From Meiothermus sp. (GTDB lineage: Bacteria; Deinococcota; Deinococci; Deinococcales; Thermaceae), in assembly GCA_033762915.1 (NCBI GenBank), contig JANRLD010000031.1, forward strand, positions 15,442-79,441: 64,000 bases of DNA, in the 5' to 3' direction. This document shows positions 54,114-63,745 of this stretch, piece after piece (position 1 is the first letter of the stretch; every line of letters starts with the position of its first letter). The position numbers and the translations under genes were made by a program. The notes below the pieces were generated by a model that searched no databases, had not been told where the DNA came from, and was given only the letters and a program-made list of their open reading frames with translations.

Positions 54114-54140
54114 GTTGGGTTTTGATAAGCGGAGGAATGT

Positions 54141-54899
54141 GTGCCAACAGCGGGTCTGAAACTGGAAAACCTCGAGCTGTCCTTCGGGGCAAAACCGGTG
54201 TTGAAAGACATCAACCTCGAGGTGGCTTCGGGCGAAATGGTCGCGGTACTGGGCTCTTCTGGCACCGGCAAGAGCACCCTACTGCGCATCCTGGCAGGGC
54301 TGATACCGCCCAGCGCAGGGTCGTTCTCTACCGGGTGGAGCAAGCTCTCGTTCGTGTTTCAGGAGCCGCGCCTGATGCCCTGGATGAAGGCCTGGGAGAA
54401 CGTGACCCTAGGGCTCAGCGGGAGTCGGAAAGAGCTGAAGGAGAAGGCTCGAGCCGCCCTGCAAGAGGTCGGGCTGGCCGAGGCCGCCGAGCTGCTGCCC
54501 AAGGAACTCTCGGGCGGGATGGCCCAGCGGGTGGCGCTGGCCCGGGGGCTGGTGGTCGAGCCGCAACTGCTCCTGCTCGACGAGCCCTTCAGCGCGGTGG
54601 ATGCGCTTACCCGTTTGCAGCTCCATCAGCACCTGCTGAGCCTCTGGCAGACCCACCAATTCGCCGCCGTGCTGGTCACCCATGACGTGGACGAGGCCAT
54701 CACCCTGGCCGACCGCATCATCGTACTGGCGAACTCACCCGCCTCGATCATCTTCGAGACGCGTGTCGGCCCCCGCCCGCGCAACCGCCACGACTCGCAT
54801 CTGGCGACGCTGCGCGAGGAGCTGCTCGAGGCCCTGGCCACCGGCCGCCACACCGCCGCGCAGAACCCGCCGCTGGGGCTGTCGGGGGTCGCAGTTTGA
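54141..54899 (+). CDS. ssuB: Sulfonate-type ABC transporter ATP-binding protein
   Basis: GSSGTGKS, LSGGMAQR, LLLDEPF, VTHD. Confidence 0.88.
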   Translation: MPTAGLKLENLELSFGAKPVLKDINLEVASGEMVAVLGSSGTGKSTLLRILAGLIPPSAGSFSTGWSKLSFVFQEPRLMPWMKAWENVTLGLSGSRKELKEKARAALQEVGLAEAAELLPKELSGGMAQRVALARGLVVEPQLLLLDEPFSAVDALTRLQLHQHLLSLWQTHQFAAVLVTHDVDEAITLADRIIVLANSPASIIFETRVGPRPRNRHDSHLATLREELLEALATGRHTAAQNPPLGLSGVAV

Positions 54900-55057
54900 C
54901 CGCCCATGCGCTGCGGGCGATGAGCAAAGCCCAGTGACCGGTTGGGCGCGAAAGAAATTTGTGCACCAAGCAAGCCTAACAGCGGAGACCCTTTTGTCCC
55001 ACCAAGTTTTCCCTTTTGACCTTTTCCTCTTTTACAATCGTCCCTAGGAGAACCCCC

Positions 55058-56845
55058 ATGTCCGACTTCCGCGAGTACCACCTCGAGACCCTGGCCCTTC
55101 ACGCGGGCCAAGCCCCCGACCCCGCCACCGGGGCACGGGCGGTGCCCATCTACCAGTCCACCTCGTTCGTCTTTGACAGCAGCGCGCACGCGGCCTCGCT
55201 GTTTAACTTAGACGAGGCCGGCCCCATCTACACCCGCATCGGCAACCCCACGGTGGAGGTGCTGGAGAAGCGGGTGGCCTACCTCGAGGGCGGTGTGGCG
55301 GCCCTGGCCACCGCCAGCGGTCAGGCCGCGCTCAGCCTGATCGCCATGAATCTGTGTCGACCTGGGGATGAAATCGTTTCCTCGAGCAGCCTCTACGGCG
55401 GCTCCGCGACGCTCTTGGGCAACACCCTGGCCGAGTACGGCATCAAGACCATCTTCGTCGACGCCTCCGACCCCGAGAACGTCCGCCGCGCCATGAGTGA
55501 GCGCACCCGGATGGTCTTCGGGGAGACCATCGGCAACCCGCGCTTGGACGTGCTGGACATCGAGGCGATTGCCGAGATCGCGCACGCTTTCGGCGTGCCG
55601 CTGGTGATGGACAACACCTTTGCCACGCCCTTCGTGTGCCGACCCCTGGAGTGGGGTGCGGACATCGTGTTCCACAGCGCCACCAAGTGGCTGGGTGGGC
55701 ACGGCACCAGCATCGGCGGAGTGGTGGTGGATTCGGGGCGCTTTGATTGGAGCAACGGCAAGTACCCCAAGCTGGTGGACCCCGACCCCAGCTACAACGG
55801 GATTTCGTACTGGAAGGACTTCGGCGGGCTGGCCTTCGTCACCAAGCTGCGGCTGCACCTGATGCGCGACTTGGGGCCGTGCATGTCGCCTTTCAACGCC
55901 TTCCTGATCCTTCAGGGCGTCGAGACCCTGCACGTGCGGATGGAGCGCCACTGCCAGAACGCCCTCGAGCTGGCCCAGTGGCTGGCGGCCCACCCAGCGG
56001 TGGCCTGGGTGCGGTATCCGGGCCTCGAGTCCGACCCCTCGCACAAACTGGCCAAGAAGTACCTGCGGCCCGGCCATGCGGGGGCGGTGGTGGTGTTCGG
56101 GGTGAAGGGGGGCTTGGAGGCGGGGGCCAAGACCATCAACACCGTCGGGCTGTGGTCGCACCTCGCCAACGTGGGCGACGCCAAAAGCCTGATCATTCAC
56201 CCGGCCTCGACCACCCATGCCCAGCTCACCGCGGAACAGCGGGCCAGGAGCGGCGTGGGCGACGACCTGATTCGGCTGGCGGTGGGGCTCGAGCACATTG
56301 CCGACCTCAAGGGCGACCTGGGCCAGGCCCTCGACAAGTCGCAGGGCAAGCTCGAGGCCCAGACCCCGCTCAACGACGAGCAGGTGATCCGCTCGGTGAT
56401 CGCCAGCAGCTTCGCCGAGGGCAACCGCGCCAAAACCATTGCGGTAGTGGGCCTCTCCGACAACCCCGCCCGCCCCAGCTTCCGCACCGCCCGCAAGCTC
56501 AAGCGACTGGGCTACCGCATCATCGCGGTGAATCCCGCCGTGAAGTCTGCGGAGGTGCTGGGCGAGCCGGTGTGCAAAACCCTGGCCGAGGTGCCCGGAA
56601 CGGTGGACGTGGTGCTGGTCTTCCGCGCCCCGGAGTACGCGCCGGAGGTAGCGCGGGAGGCCGTGGCAAGGGGCGCGAAGGTCTTCTGGCTGCAAGAGGG
56701 CATCGTGAGCCAGGAGGCCGCTAAAATAGCCCAGGACGGCGGCCTGGGCACGGTGATGAACCGCTGCATCTACAAAGAGGCCCAGCGGCTGCGCGGGCAC
56801 CTGCCCGCGTTTAGGCCGAGTGAGGGCGAGTTGGTGAAGGGTTGA
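55058..56845 (+). CDS. metY: O-acetylhomoserine sulfhydrylase (MetY-like) fused to a C-terminal CoA-binding domain
   Basis: PIYQSTS, YTRIGNP, HSATKWLGGHG PLP-Lys, ANVGD, HPASTTH; then IAVVGLS, VDVVLVFR, WLQEG, MNRC. Confidence 0.88.
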   Translation: MSDFREYHLETLALHAGQAPDPATGARAVPIYQSTSFVFDSSAHAASLFNLDEAGPIYTRIGNPTVEVLEKRVAYLEGGVAALATASGQAALSLIAMNLCRPGDEIVSSSSLYGGSATLLGNTLAEYGIKTIFVDASDPENVRRAMSERTRMVFGETIGNPRLDVLDIEAIAEIAHAFGVPLVMDNTFATPFVCRPLEWGADIVFHSATKWLGGHGTSIGGVVVDSGRFDWSNGKYPKLVDPDPSYNGISYWKDFGGLAFVTKLRLHLMRDLGPCMSPFNAFLILQGVETLHVRMERHCQNALELAQWLAAHPAVAWVRYPGLESDPSHKLAKKYLRPGHAGAVVVFGVKGGLEAGAKTINTVGLWSHLANVGDAKSLIIHPASTTHAQLTAEQRARSGVGDDLIRLAVGLEHIADLKGDLGQALDKSQGKLEAQTPLNDEQVIRSVIASSFAEGNRAKTIAVVGLSDNPARPSFRTARKLKRLGYRIIAVNPAVKSAEVLGEPVCKTLAEVPGTVDVVLVFRAPEYAPEVAREAVARGAKVFWLQEGIVSQEAAKIAQDGGLGTVMNRCIYKEAQRLRGHLPAFRPSEGELVKG

Positions 56846-56858
56846 CTTAAGGAGAGGG

Positions 56859-58532
56859 TCAGCTCGGCGGCATGACAATTCTAGCTTTCACACCAATCTG
56901 GTCGAGTAGGTAGAGCAGTCCACCGCCGTCGATGAGTTCGATTGGCTTGTCTTTTGCAAACTCGAATGCGTCAGTGCCGTATCCGCTCGTGGTTACAAGA
57001 ATTCCTTTGTTTGCACCTTCGTTCATCATCGTGCCGAATAAGTCCCGAACCGCCGAAACTCCTACGGTGTTCTTATATCGTTTTGCCTGAATGATAACCT
57101 TACCACCGATCACGGGACGTGTGTCGAAGGCAACGACATCAACGCCACCGTCCCTCGATGAGCGGGTCAACTTCGACTCCAACCCCATCTGGCCAAAGAG
57201 GTTGCTTACCAAGTTCTCGAATTCTGACGGTTTCAAATCCATCAGGTTCGGGCGACTCTCTAGGTTACCAAGAACGTCTTCTTGCTCGATAAAACGCTTG
57301 TCTACCATGTCAAACTCAACCACAGGTTTGACAGGTTGCATCTCGCTGGCCCTAGGAGAGACCTGAGCCTTGAGGTTTCGCAGACAGGCAGCCTTGTCTA
57401 CACGGCTCAGGTTCAACTGCATGAACTCATCGCGCAACGCTCGAACTGAGATCACACAAGGGCGAATGCTATTCCCTGTGGCAGGGTCAACGGTGTCTAC
57501 TACGCCATTGAATGTCACGACCTCTATGTGTGAACTTTGGTCCGCCTCGAATACCTCATGAATTGTTCTAAGAGTTAGTGAAGAAACAATGTCTTGGTAC
57601 AAATCTTTTACTTCGTTGGCCTTACGTGCCTTGGATTCAATCGTATCCTTGGTTTTGTTGTATTTGAACTCAAGCTCTTCTGGAATAATGTCTGGGGCTG
57701 GCAGATCAAGCTCTACTACCAACTCTTTTGACTCTTGAGAGTATGTCACCCGGTACTGGTGAGGAAACTCTTCGGGGTACTCGGAGCGTTCCAAAACCAT
57801 AGAATTGTAGGTGATGATTGCATCTTTGTCCCCAGCCCGATAAGCTCTTTCAAACTCATCCACTTCCTGATGCTGAGAAACTACATTGGCTAGGAAATCA
57901 AGTTTTTCTTTATCGTGCTCAGCTTTCAACCGATTGAGATGTACTTGTCGGTTTTGTTCCTTACGCCGATGTTCTTCCAGTGCTGCTGCATATGTACTCT
58001 TCGCCTTGGCTAGCAATTCCTCATATCGCTTTTGTGAACCCGGAACCAATCTGGCAACGCCCGTTGGCGCTTTCAGATCACCTATAAACTCCTGCTCAGT
58101 TGGAGCAGCTAATGGCTCACTCAAGTCTTTCGGAGGAACAAAGACACGAAAGTTAGTACTTGGCTTTAGAGAATCAAAGCTGATTTTGTCATCTTTACCG
58201 AGAGTGTCTGCAAGTATGTTTTGAAAGCTCTCAATAGTCATCTTCAGTTCAGCGTTCATCTCATCTACTTCTTGTATGCGTGACTCAACATAGAGCTGTT
58301 TTTGGAGCTTTTCGTGTTCCTTTCTCAATTTTTCGGACTCACGAGATAGCCGCTCAAGTTGCACCAACTCCGCCCGTTGTTCTCGTTCTAGTTGTACAAG
58401 TTCAGATCGCTGTTCACGCTCACGCGCCTTCGCCGCACGCTCTGCTTCCCTAATTGACCTCTTACGGGCAGACTCAGCTTTTCTAGCAGCCCTAGCAATC
58501 TGCCTAGCATAGTATCCAAAAGAACGTCCCAT
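56859..58532 (-). CDS. Mrr-family restriction endonuclease with long coiled-coil N-terminus, AT-rich
   Basis: FENLVSNLF, DGGVDV, IQAKRY, GILVTTS, IELIDG. Confidence 0.88.
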   Translation of the reverse strand: MGRSFGYYARQIARAARKAESARKRSIREAERAAKAREREQRSELVQLEREQRAELVQLERLSRESEKLRKEHEKLQKQLYVESRIQEVDEMNAELKMTIESFQNILADTLGKDDKISFDSLKPSTNFRVFVPPKDLSEPLAAPTEQEFIGDLKAPTGVARLVPGSQKRYEELLAKAKSTYAAALEEHRRKEQNRQVHLNRLKAEHDKEKLDFLANVVSQHQEVDEFERAYRAGDKDAIITYNSMVLERSEYPEEFPHQYRVTYSQESKELVVELDLPAPDIIPEELEFKYNKTKDTIESKARKANEVKDLYQDIVSSLTLRTIHEVFEADQSSHIEVVTFNGVVDTVDPATGNSIRPCVISVRALRDEFMQLNLSRVDKAACLRNLKAQVSPRASEMQPVKPVVEFDMVDKRFIEQEDVLGNLESRPNLMDLKPSEFENLVSNLFGQMGLESKLTRSSRDGGVDVVAFDTRPVIGGKVIIQAKRYKNTVGVSAVRDLFGTMMNEGANKGILVTTSGYGTDAFEFAKDKPIELIDGGGLLYLLDQIGVKARIVMPPS

Positions 58533-58689
58533 GATTTTCTCCAGTTGGATGAAATTCTATATCAGCTACCATAACCGGGATGGTTCGTTTTTGACATTTG
58601 TGACCAACAGCAACTCCAAATTCAATCTTTGCCATATTCCGAGTGTGACTAGCTCACCAACTTGACTGATTTACGTGAAGACAAACCCA

Positions 58690-58869
58690 AAAATCTACTC
58701 CGATCACTAGTACAGCTCTTCGAGCCCACCCTCACCCAACTTCCCACAGCTGCTCGAGTTAATCGAGCCGCCTATACAACCCAACCAGCCTGACCTCGAG
58801 CGCTTCAAGACAGAATCAGCAAACCCTCTTCAGGCTGGTTTACAAGGGGTTTTCGTTCGGCAGCTGCAT
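58690..58869 (-). pseudogene. Possible decayed PIN-like (DUF5615) toxin remnant
   Basis: Position directly after DUF433; fragments MQL.NEN, VRLVGL, QLWE interrupted by stops. Confidence 0.3.
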
Positions 58870-59089
58870 GCCGCCGACGACGAGGCCAACCGACGCTCGC
58901 GCAGCGCCGCAAACTCGAGCACCGCCCGAATATCTTCGGCCTCGAGGCTGGGGAAGTCGTCGAGAATCTCGGCCTCGGTCATCCCGCTAGCCAGTCCAGC
59001 ACGTCGTAAACAGCAATGCGGGTTCCCCGGATGCAGGGATTGCCGCTGCGCACGTCGGGAGTAAGGGTAATGCGATCCAGACGGCTCAT
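58866..59089 (-). pseudogene. Frameshifted DUF433 antitoxin
   Basis: MSRLDRITLTPDVRSGNPCIRGTRIAVYDVLD, frameshift near 58993, then ASGMTEAEILDDFPSLEAEDIRAVLEFAA. Confidence 0.85.
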
Positions 59090-59162
59090 GGTTTTAGCGT
59101 AGCGGAAGCTCCTGGCCCCCTACTCGAGCCTCGAGTACAAATTCGCCAGTTCGACCTCCAGC

Positions 59163-59495
59163 CTATCCCCGCCCTGGTTCACGCAGGCGCTCGAGCCAAT
59201 AGGTGGGGTCTCGCTTGGCGTGGGCAATGGCATAAATGTAGAGGGCATCTGGCTCGAGGATGTATACGATGTAGTACGGAAAGCGCCCCAAGTTTCTGCG
59301 TCTGACCTCAAAATCTGTCAGTGGAACCAACGGGGCAATCTCGGGAAACTCGAGGATTTCCGCCAGGGCTTGGTCGTAGGTTTGCATGAAGGTGCGGGAA
59401 AGCTGAGGCGAGATGGCACGGTAATACTCCACCGCCTCGACCAGCTCGAGCCGCGCCTTGGGATGGTACAGCTCACTCGAGCCGGGACTCGACAT
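59163..59495 (-). CDS. ParE/RelE-family toxin
   Basis: HPKARLEL.EA.EYY, RFPYYIVY, AIAHAKRDPTYW. Confidence 0.9.
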   Translation of the reverse strand: MSSPGSSELYHPKARLELVEAVEYYRAISPQLSRTFMQTYDQALAEILEFPEIAPLVPLTDFEVRRRNLGRFPYYIVYILEPDALYIYAIAHAKRDPTYWLERLREPGRG

Positions 59496-59697
59496 CGCGC
59501 ATGACTTCTTCGCGGGAAAGGGCCTTCACCCTGCCGCTCTTAAGGTCGTCATGGCGGCTCTTGATTTCCTCTGCCCAAACGCTGTCGTACTCGAGCTGCG
59601 AAGGCTCGTCTAGGTCACGCAAAATCTCCTCTACCAGTTCGGCCCGCTCGACCCTAGATAGCTCCTTAATTTGCTCCAATAGCTGCGCCTTGCCCAT
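59473..59697 (-). CDS. Addiction-module antitoxin
   Basis: ERAELVEEIL, WAEEI..R...SGRV; overlaps the toxin start. Confidence 0.88.
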   Translation of the reverse strand: MGKAQLLEQIKELSRVERAELVEEILRDLDEPSQLEYDSVWAEEIKSRHDDLKSGRVKALSREEVMRDVESRLE

Positions 59698-59808
59698 AGG
59701 TTCAGTGTAGCAGAAGCCTATGAACCGTCCTACTCGAGCCTACCCCAACCGCCAATACAACCTCGCCAGTTCGCCCTCGAGTCCCGCCGCCTCATCCCCT
59801 GAGCCGCC

Positions 59809-60477
59809 TCAGGCGAAGAACGTCACCCTGGCGCTTTCCATGTCGTACATCGCGCCCAGGATCAGCAGGTCGCCCTCGGCCTCGAGGGTGCGCAGCACCT
59901 CGCTCTCGCGGCGTATCTGCTCCACCGTGAGGGCCACATTGCGCTCGGCCACCCGCTGCACCAGGGCTGCGTTTTTGCTGCTCCGCTCGGCCTGAGGGTC
60001 TTGTGCCAGAGCGTCTTCCACAGCGGGCTGGAGCTTGTCCAGCAGGGCGGGTAGCAAGCCCAGTTCCACCCGGTCAATAGCCCCCATGATGGCCCCGCAG
60101 TACTCGTGCCCCATCACCAGCACCACCTTGGCCCCCGCCACCTTGCAGGCAAACTCCATGCTGGCGATGATGTCGGTGTTGGCGAAGTTGCCCGCGATCC
60201 GCGCCACGAACAGATCGCCGATGCCACAGTCGAACACGTCCTCCACCGGGATGCGCGAGTCCAGGCAGGACAGCACCACCGCCTTGGGGAACTGACCCAG
60301 GGCGGCCTTGCGCACCTGCTCGACGTGGTTGCGGGCGGTCACCTCGCCACCCACAAAGCGGGCGTTGCCCTCCTCGAGCCGCTGCCGCACCTCGGCGGGG
60401 GTCAGCTTGGCCTGGGCCTCGCGGGTCAGAACATCCACCTGAAAGCCCTTGATGTCGGTGTTCAATCGCTGTGCCAT
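59809..60477 (-). CDS. Beta-class carbonic anhydrase
   Basis: GNARF, CLDSR, RIAGN, GHEYCGA. Confidence 0.95.
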   Translation of the reverse strand: MAQRLNTDIKGFQVDVLTREAQAKLTPAEVRQRLEEGNARFVGGEVTARNHVEQVRKAALGQFPKAVVLSCLDSRIPVEDVFDCGIGDLFVARIAGNFANTDIIASMEFACKVAGAKVVLVMGHEYCGAIMGAIDRVELGLLPALLDKLQPAVEDALAQDPQAERSSKNAALVQRVAERNVALTVEQIRRESEVLRTLEAEGDLLILGAMYDMESARVTFFA

Positions 60478-60589
60478 GTGTACCTCCGTCGCGGATTGCG
60501 TAAGGCGCCTTGCTTGTTGTGCATTGCCGAAAAACCGACCCCGACAACTCCCCCACCCAGTACAACCACACCTACGTTTCGGCGTGCGC

Positions 60590-61105
60590 TCAACGCCCCG
60601 CCACCGTCAGGGCTGCTTGAAGGGCCGGGAGCCGCTGGGCGAAGCGGTGGTCGGCCTCGATCTCGCGGTCGGCCTGCATCTCCCGCAAGAGCCTCGAGAC
60701 CTCCTCGGAGGCCCCAGCCAGAAAGACCTCGATGCCCTGGGCCTCGGCCTCGCCCACGATGGTCTCCACTGCCCGCACCGCCGAGGCATCCATGAAGGGC
60801 TTGCGGGTCAGGTCGAGCACCACCGCCCGCACCTCACCCCTGGCCCGCTCGCGCATCAGGTGTACGAGGTCGGAGGCCGCGCTGAAGGACAGCGGCCCCA
60901 CGAAGTCCGGCAGCAGCACCCGGCCCCCGGAGGCGTCGAGCAGGGCCTTCTCCTGGGCCTCGAGGGCGGCGGGGGTCTCGCCCCGGAAGCCCTCCATCTG
61001 CGCGTCGGCCAGCCGCTTGACGAAGGCCAGCGCCAGCGGAAGCGCGATGATTCCGGTGGTAATGCCGCCCAGCAAATCGCCCCGCAAATTTCTCAGGTCG
61101 AACAT
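60590..61105 (-). pseudogene. SulP/BicA-like transporter with the membrane domain deleted in frame (TM1 start + STAS)
   Basis: LRGDLLGGITTGIIALPLALAF joined directly to VKRLAD...GPLSF...VVLDL..FMDAS STAS. Confidence 0.75.
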
Positions 61106-61236
61106 GGCGGGACTATACGTTTTCTGCTCTCTCTACATGTCCATGTAAGTCACTGTTGCGCGGCCTGCTCAGCCGGACTCGAGCAACGTAAAACGCACAA
61201 CCCTCGAGGCCGCCCGGCCCCTTTATGCTAGGAAAC

Positions 61237-61929
61237 GTGGAACGCTACCGCATGAGCGAGGGGCTGGTGGTGGGGCGTAAGACGCTCCCAGCGGGGGACG
61301 TGATCCTCTCGTTCGTGGGGCCGGAGGGCGCGGCCCAGGCGGTCGCCCGCAAGGCCCAGCGGCCCAGCGGACGCAGCGGGCGGCTCTCGCTGTTCCACCA
61401 CCTGAGGTATCAGGTCTATGCCAAGCCGGGCAACGACCTGCCCACCCTCACGCAGGTCGAGCTGGTGGGGCGGCTGGAGGGGCTCGAGGCCCCCGGCCGG
61501 TTTCCCCACGCCAGCTTCCTGGCCGAACTGGCCTACCGCAGTTCCTCGCCCGAGGTCTCGGCCAAGGTCTGGCCGCTCCTAGTTTCGGGGCTGAAAGGCA
61601 TCGCCAAGCATCCCAACCCCCGGCTGGCCCTGGTCTGGGCGGGCTGGCGGGTGCTGCGGGCGGCGGGGCTCTCGCCCAACCTGAGCGGCGAGGGCGCCAA
61701 CCTGCTGGACGGCGAGCGGGCCGAGCGCGGAGGGGTGTATCTGGGCCTCGAGGGTCTCGAACTGCTGGCGGCGGTGCTGCGGCTGCCAGGCACCGAGGCC
61801 ATCGCGGCCCTCGAGGAGAGCGGCAGCCTCGACCGGCTGTTCAGCGCCCTGTTGGCCCACATCCGCTACACCGTGGGCGACCTCGGCTCGGCGGCGCTGT
61901 TACACACTGCTAATCCAAGTGGGCGATGA
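61237..61929 (+). CDS. recO: DNA repair protein RecO
   Basis: EGLVVGR..LP.GD, AVARKA, SGRLSLFHH, LTQVEL OB fold as in Deinococcota RecO. Confidence 0.8.
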   Translation: MERYRMSEGLVVGRKTLPAGDVILSFVGPEGAAQAVARKAQRPSGRSGRLSLFHHLRYQVYAKPGNDLPTLTQVELVGRLEGLEAPGRFPHASFLAELAYRSSSPEVSAKVWPLLVSGLKGIAKHPNPRLALVWAGWRVLRAAGLSPNLSGEGANLLDGERAERGGVYLGLEGLELLAAVLRLPGTEAIAALEESGSLDRLFSALLAHIRYTVGDLGSAALLHTANPSGR

Positions 61930-63587
61930 TGCGCTGGATGTTTGCGGCGGGGTTTTTGGCGCTGGCACTGGGGGTGGCGGTTTGGCTGAGCGGCCCCAAG
62001 CCCTTGGCCCAAACCCAAACCCCCGAAGCGCTGCCCAGCGGCCGGAACATCAGCGTGCTGATCTCCAGGCAACTTGGCGCGGGCTCGTTTGATCAGCAGT
62101 ATCCCTTTTGGGGCCTCGAGCTGACCGCCCTCAACGGGCCGGTGAGCGTGCGGGGCGGCCCAGCCCGAGATGCCTTGAGCGAGGTGTTCGCCTTGCAGCC
62201 CGGCCAGGCCGTACGCTTTGAGGTTCAGGCCGGTGGGATTGTGGCCCAACTCGAGGGCAAGACGTATCCGCTGGGCGCAGTGGCGCAGCTCGAGGCCCAC
62301 AGGGGCGAGTCCCGTCAGGCAGCTGGTAATGATGGGCCACAGCCCGGCGCCTCGTCTTCGCTCGAGGCCGACAGGCGCGAGTCCAGTAGGGCGGTCGGTG
62401 ATGATGAGCCACAACCCGGCGCTTCGTCTTCGCTCGAGGGCAGCGCGCCCGAGGGTGCCCGTCGGGTGCGGTTCCGGCTGCTCTCGAGCACCCGCGGCCT
62501 CGAGGGGCGCAACCCCGAGTATCCGGGTGCCCTGTGGCTGACGGTGCGCGGCGGGGCAGTGCTGCTGGTCAATACGCTGGACTTTCAGGACTACCTCAAG
62601 CGGGTTCTGCCCTCCGAGGTTCCGCCCAGCTTTCACCCCGAGGCCATCCGGGCGCAGGCCGTGGCGGCCCGCACCTACGCCCTCAGCCGCCAGCAGGCCG
62701 AGAGCTTCTGGAAGCAGTTCGGGGCCGACGTGGACGACTCGGTGAGCGAGCAGGTCTACAACAACCAGCCCACCAATCCGGTCACCGATGCCGCCGTGGA
62801 CGCGACGCGCAACCAAGTCCTGACCTTCGAGGGCCAGCCCATCCAGACCTTTTTCTTTTCGACCTCTCCCGGCTCCACCGCCAACATTCAGGAGGTCTGG
62901 CCGGATCGCGCGGCCGTGCCGTATCTGGTGGCAAAAAACCAGACCGACCCGCCGGAGGTGCGCATCGAGAACGAAACCCAGGCCCTCGAGTTTTTCAGGA
63001 GCCGCAACTCCGCAGGCTTCTACGATTCCGCCTCGTCGCTGTGGCGCTGGCGGGTGCGGCTGAGCCGGGCGGAGCTCGAGGCCATCCTGGGCAAGACTTT
63101 GCCCAGCGTGGCGCGCAACTCGCCGCAATTCGTTGGTAACCCCGAGGGCAGCTTCGCCCCCGACGCGCCCGAGTTCAGGCTAGGCACCCTGCGCGGTCTG
63201 AAGGTGATTAAGCGGACCGCGGGCGGCTTCGTCACCGAGCTGGAGATTCAGACCAGTACGGGCCGCTACAGCGTGGGGCGCGAGTCCAACGTCCGCAACC
63301 TGATCCGCCCCAATGCCGCCTTCACCGGCGGCCCAGACGTGCTGCTCGAGCGGTTCACGGGAGAGCCTCGAGTCAACTTCCCCGCCCTGCCCAGCGCGGC
63401 CTTTGCGCTGGAGACCCAGCGCGATAGCGCGGGCAATTTACAGGCCGTCACCTTCTGGGGCGGCGGCTTTGGCCACGGGGTGGGCATGAGCCAGTTCGGG
63501 GCCGACGGCCTGGGGCGGCAGGGGAAGAGCTACGCCGAGATTCTCGAGCATTTCTACCCTGGGACGAAGCTGGAAGAGCTGCGGTAA
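61926..63587 (+). CDS. SpoIID/LytB-domain lytic transglycosylase
   Basis: YLKRVLPSE, AQAVAARTYA, QVY, GFGHGVGMSQFGA, ILEHFYPG. Confidence 0.92.
   Translation: MMRWMFAAGFLALALGVAVWLSGPKPLAQTQTPEALPSGRNISVLISRQLGAGSFDQQYPFWGLELTALNGPVSVRGGPARDALSEVFALQPGQAVRFEVQAGGIVAQLEGKTYPLGAVAQLEAHRGESRQAAGNDGPQPGASSSLEADRRESSRAVGDDEPQPGASSSLEGSAPEGARRVRFRLLSSTRGLEGRNPEYPGALWLTVRGGAVLLVNTLDFQDYLKRVLPSEVPPSFHPEAIRAQAVAARTYALSRQQAESFWKQFGADVDDSVSEQVYNNQPTNPVTDAAVDATRNQVLTFEGQPIQTFFFSTSPGSTANIQEVWPDRAAVPYLVAKNQTDPPEVRIENETQALEFFRSRNSAGFYDSASSLWRWRVRLSRAELEAILGKTLPSVARNSPQFVGNPEGSFAPDAPEFRLGTLRGLKVIKRTAGGFVTELEIQTSTGRYSVGRESNVRNLIRPNAAFTGGPDVLLERFTGEPRVNFPALPSAAFALETQRDSAGNLQAVTFWGGGFGHGVGMSQFGADGLGRQGKSYAEILEHFYPGTKLEELR
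62289..62438 (+). repeat. In-frame 72-bp tandem duplication bounded by CTCGAG
   Basis: CTCGAG at 62289, 62361 and 62433; peptide LEA.R.ES..A.G.D.PQPGASSS x2. Confidence 0.85.
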
Positions 63588-63606
63588 AGCAGGGGGAGAA
63601 GCTGGG

Positions 63607-63629
63607 CAGAGGACAGAGGACAGAGGACA
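63607..63629. repeat. Heptamer tandem repeat CAGAGGA x3
   Basis: CAGAGGACAGAGGACAGAGGACA. Confidence 0.7.
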
Positions 63630-63745
63630 AACAGAAAGCTCGAGCCTCCACCCCTTGCCCCCCCTTGGGCAACTGACTGTCGCGGGAAGGCTGAGCACTC
63701 GGTTTGCCGCGCGCATCAGGGGGGGACGCAAGCCGCAAGCCTGTC

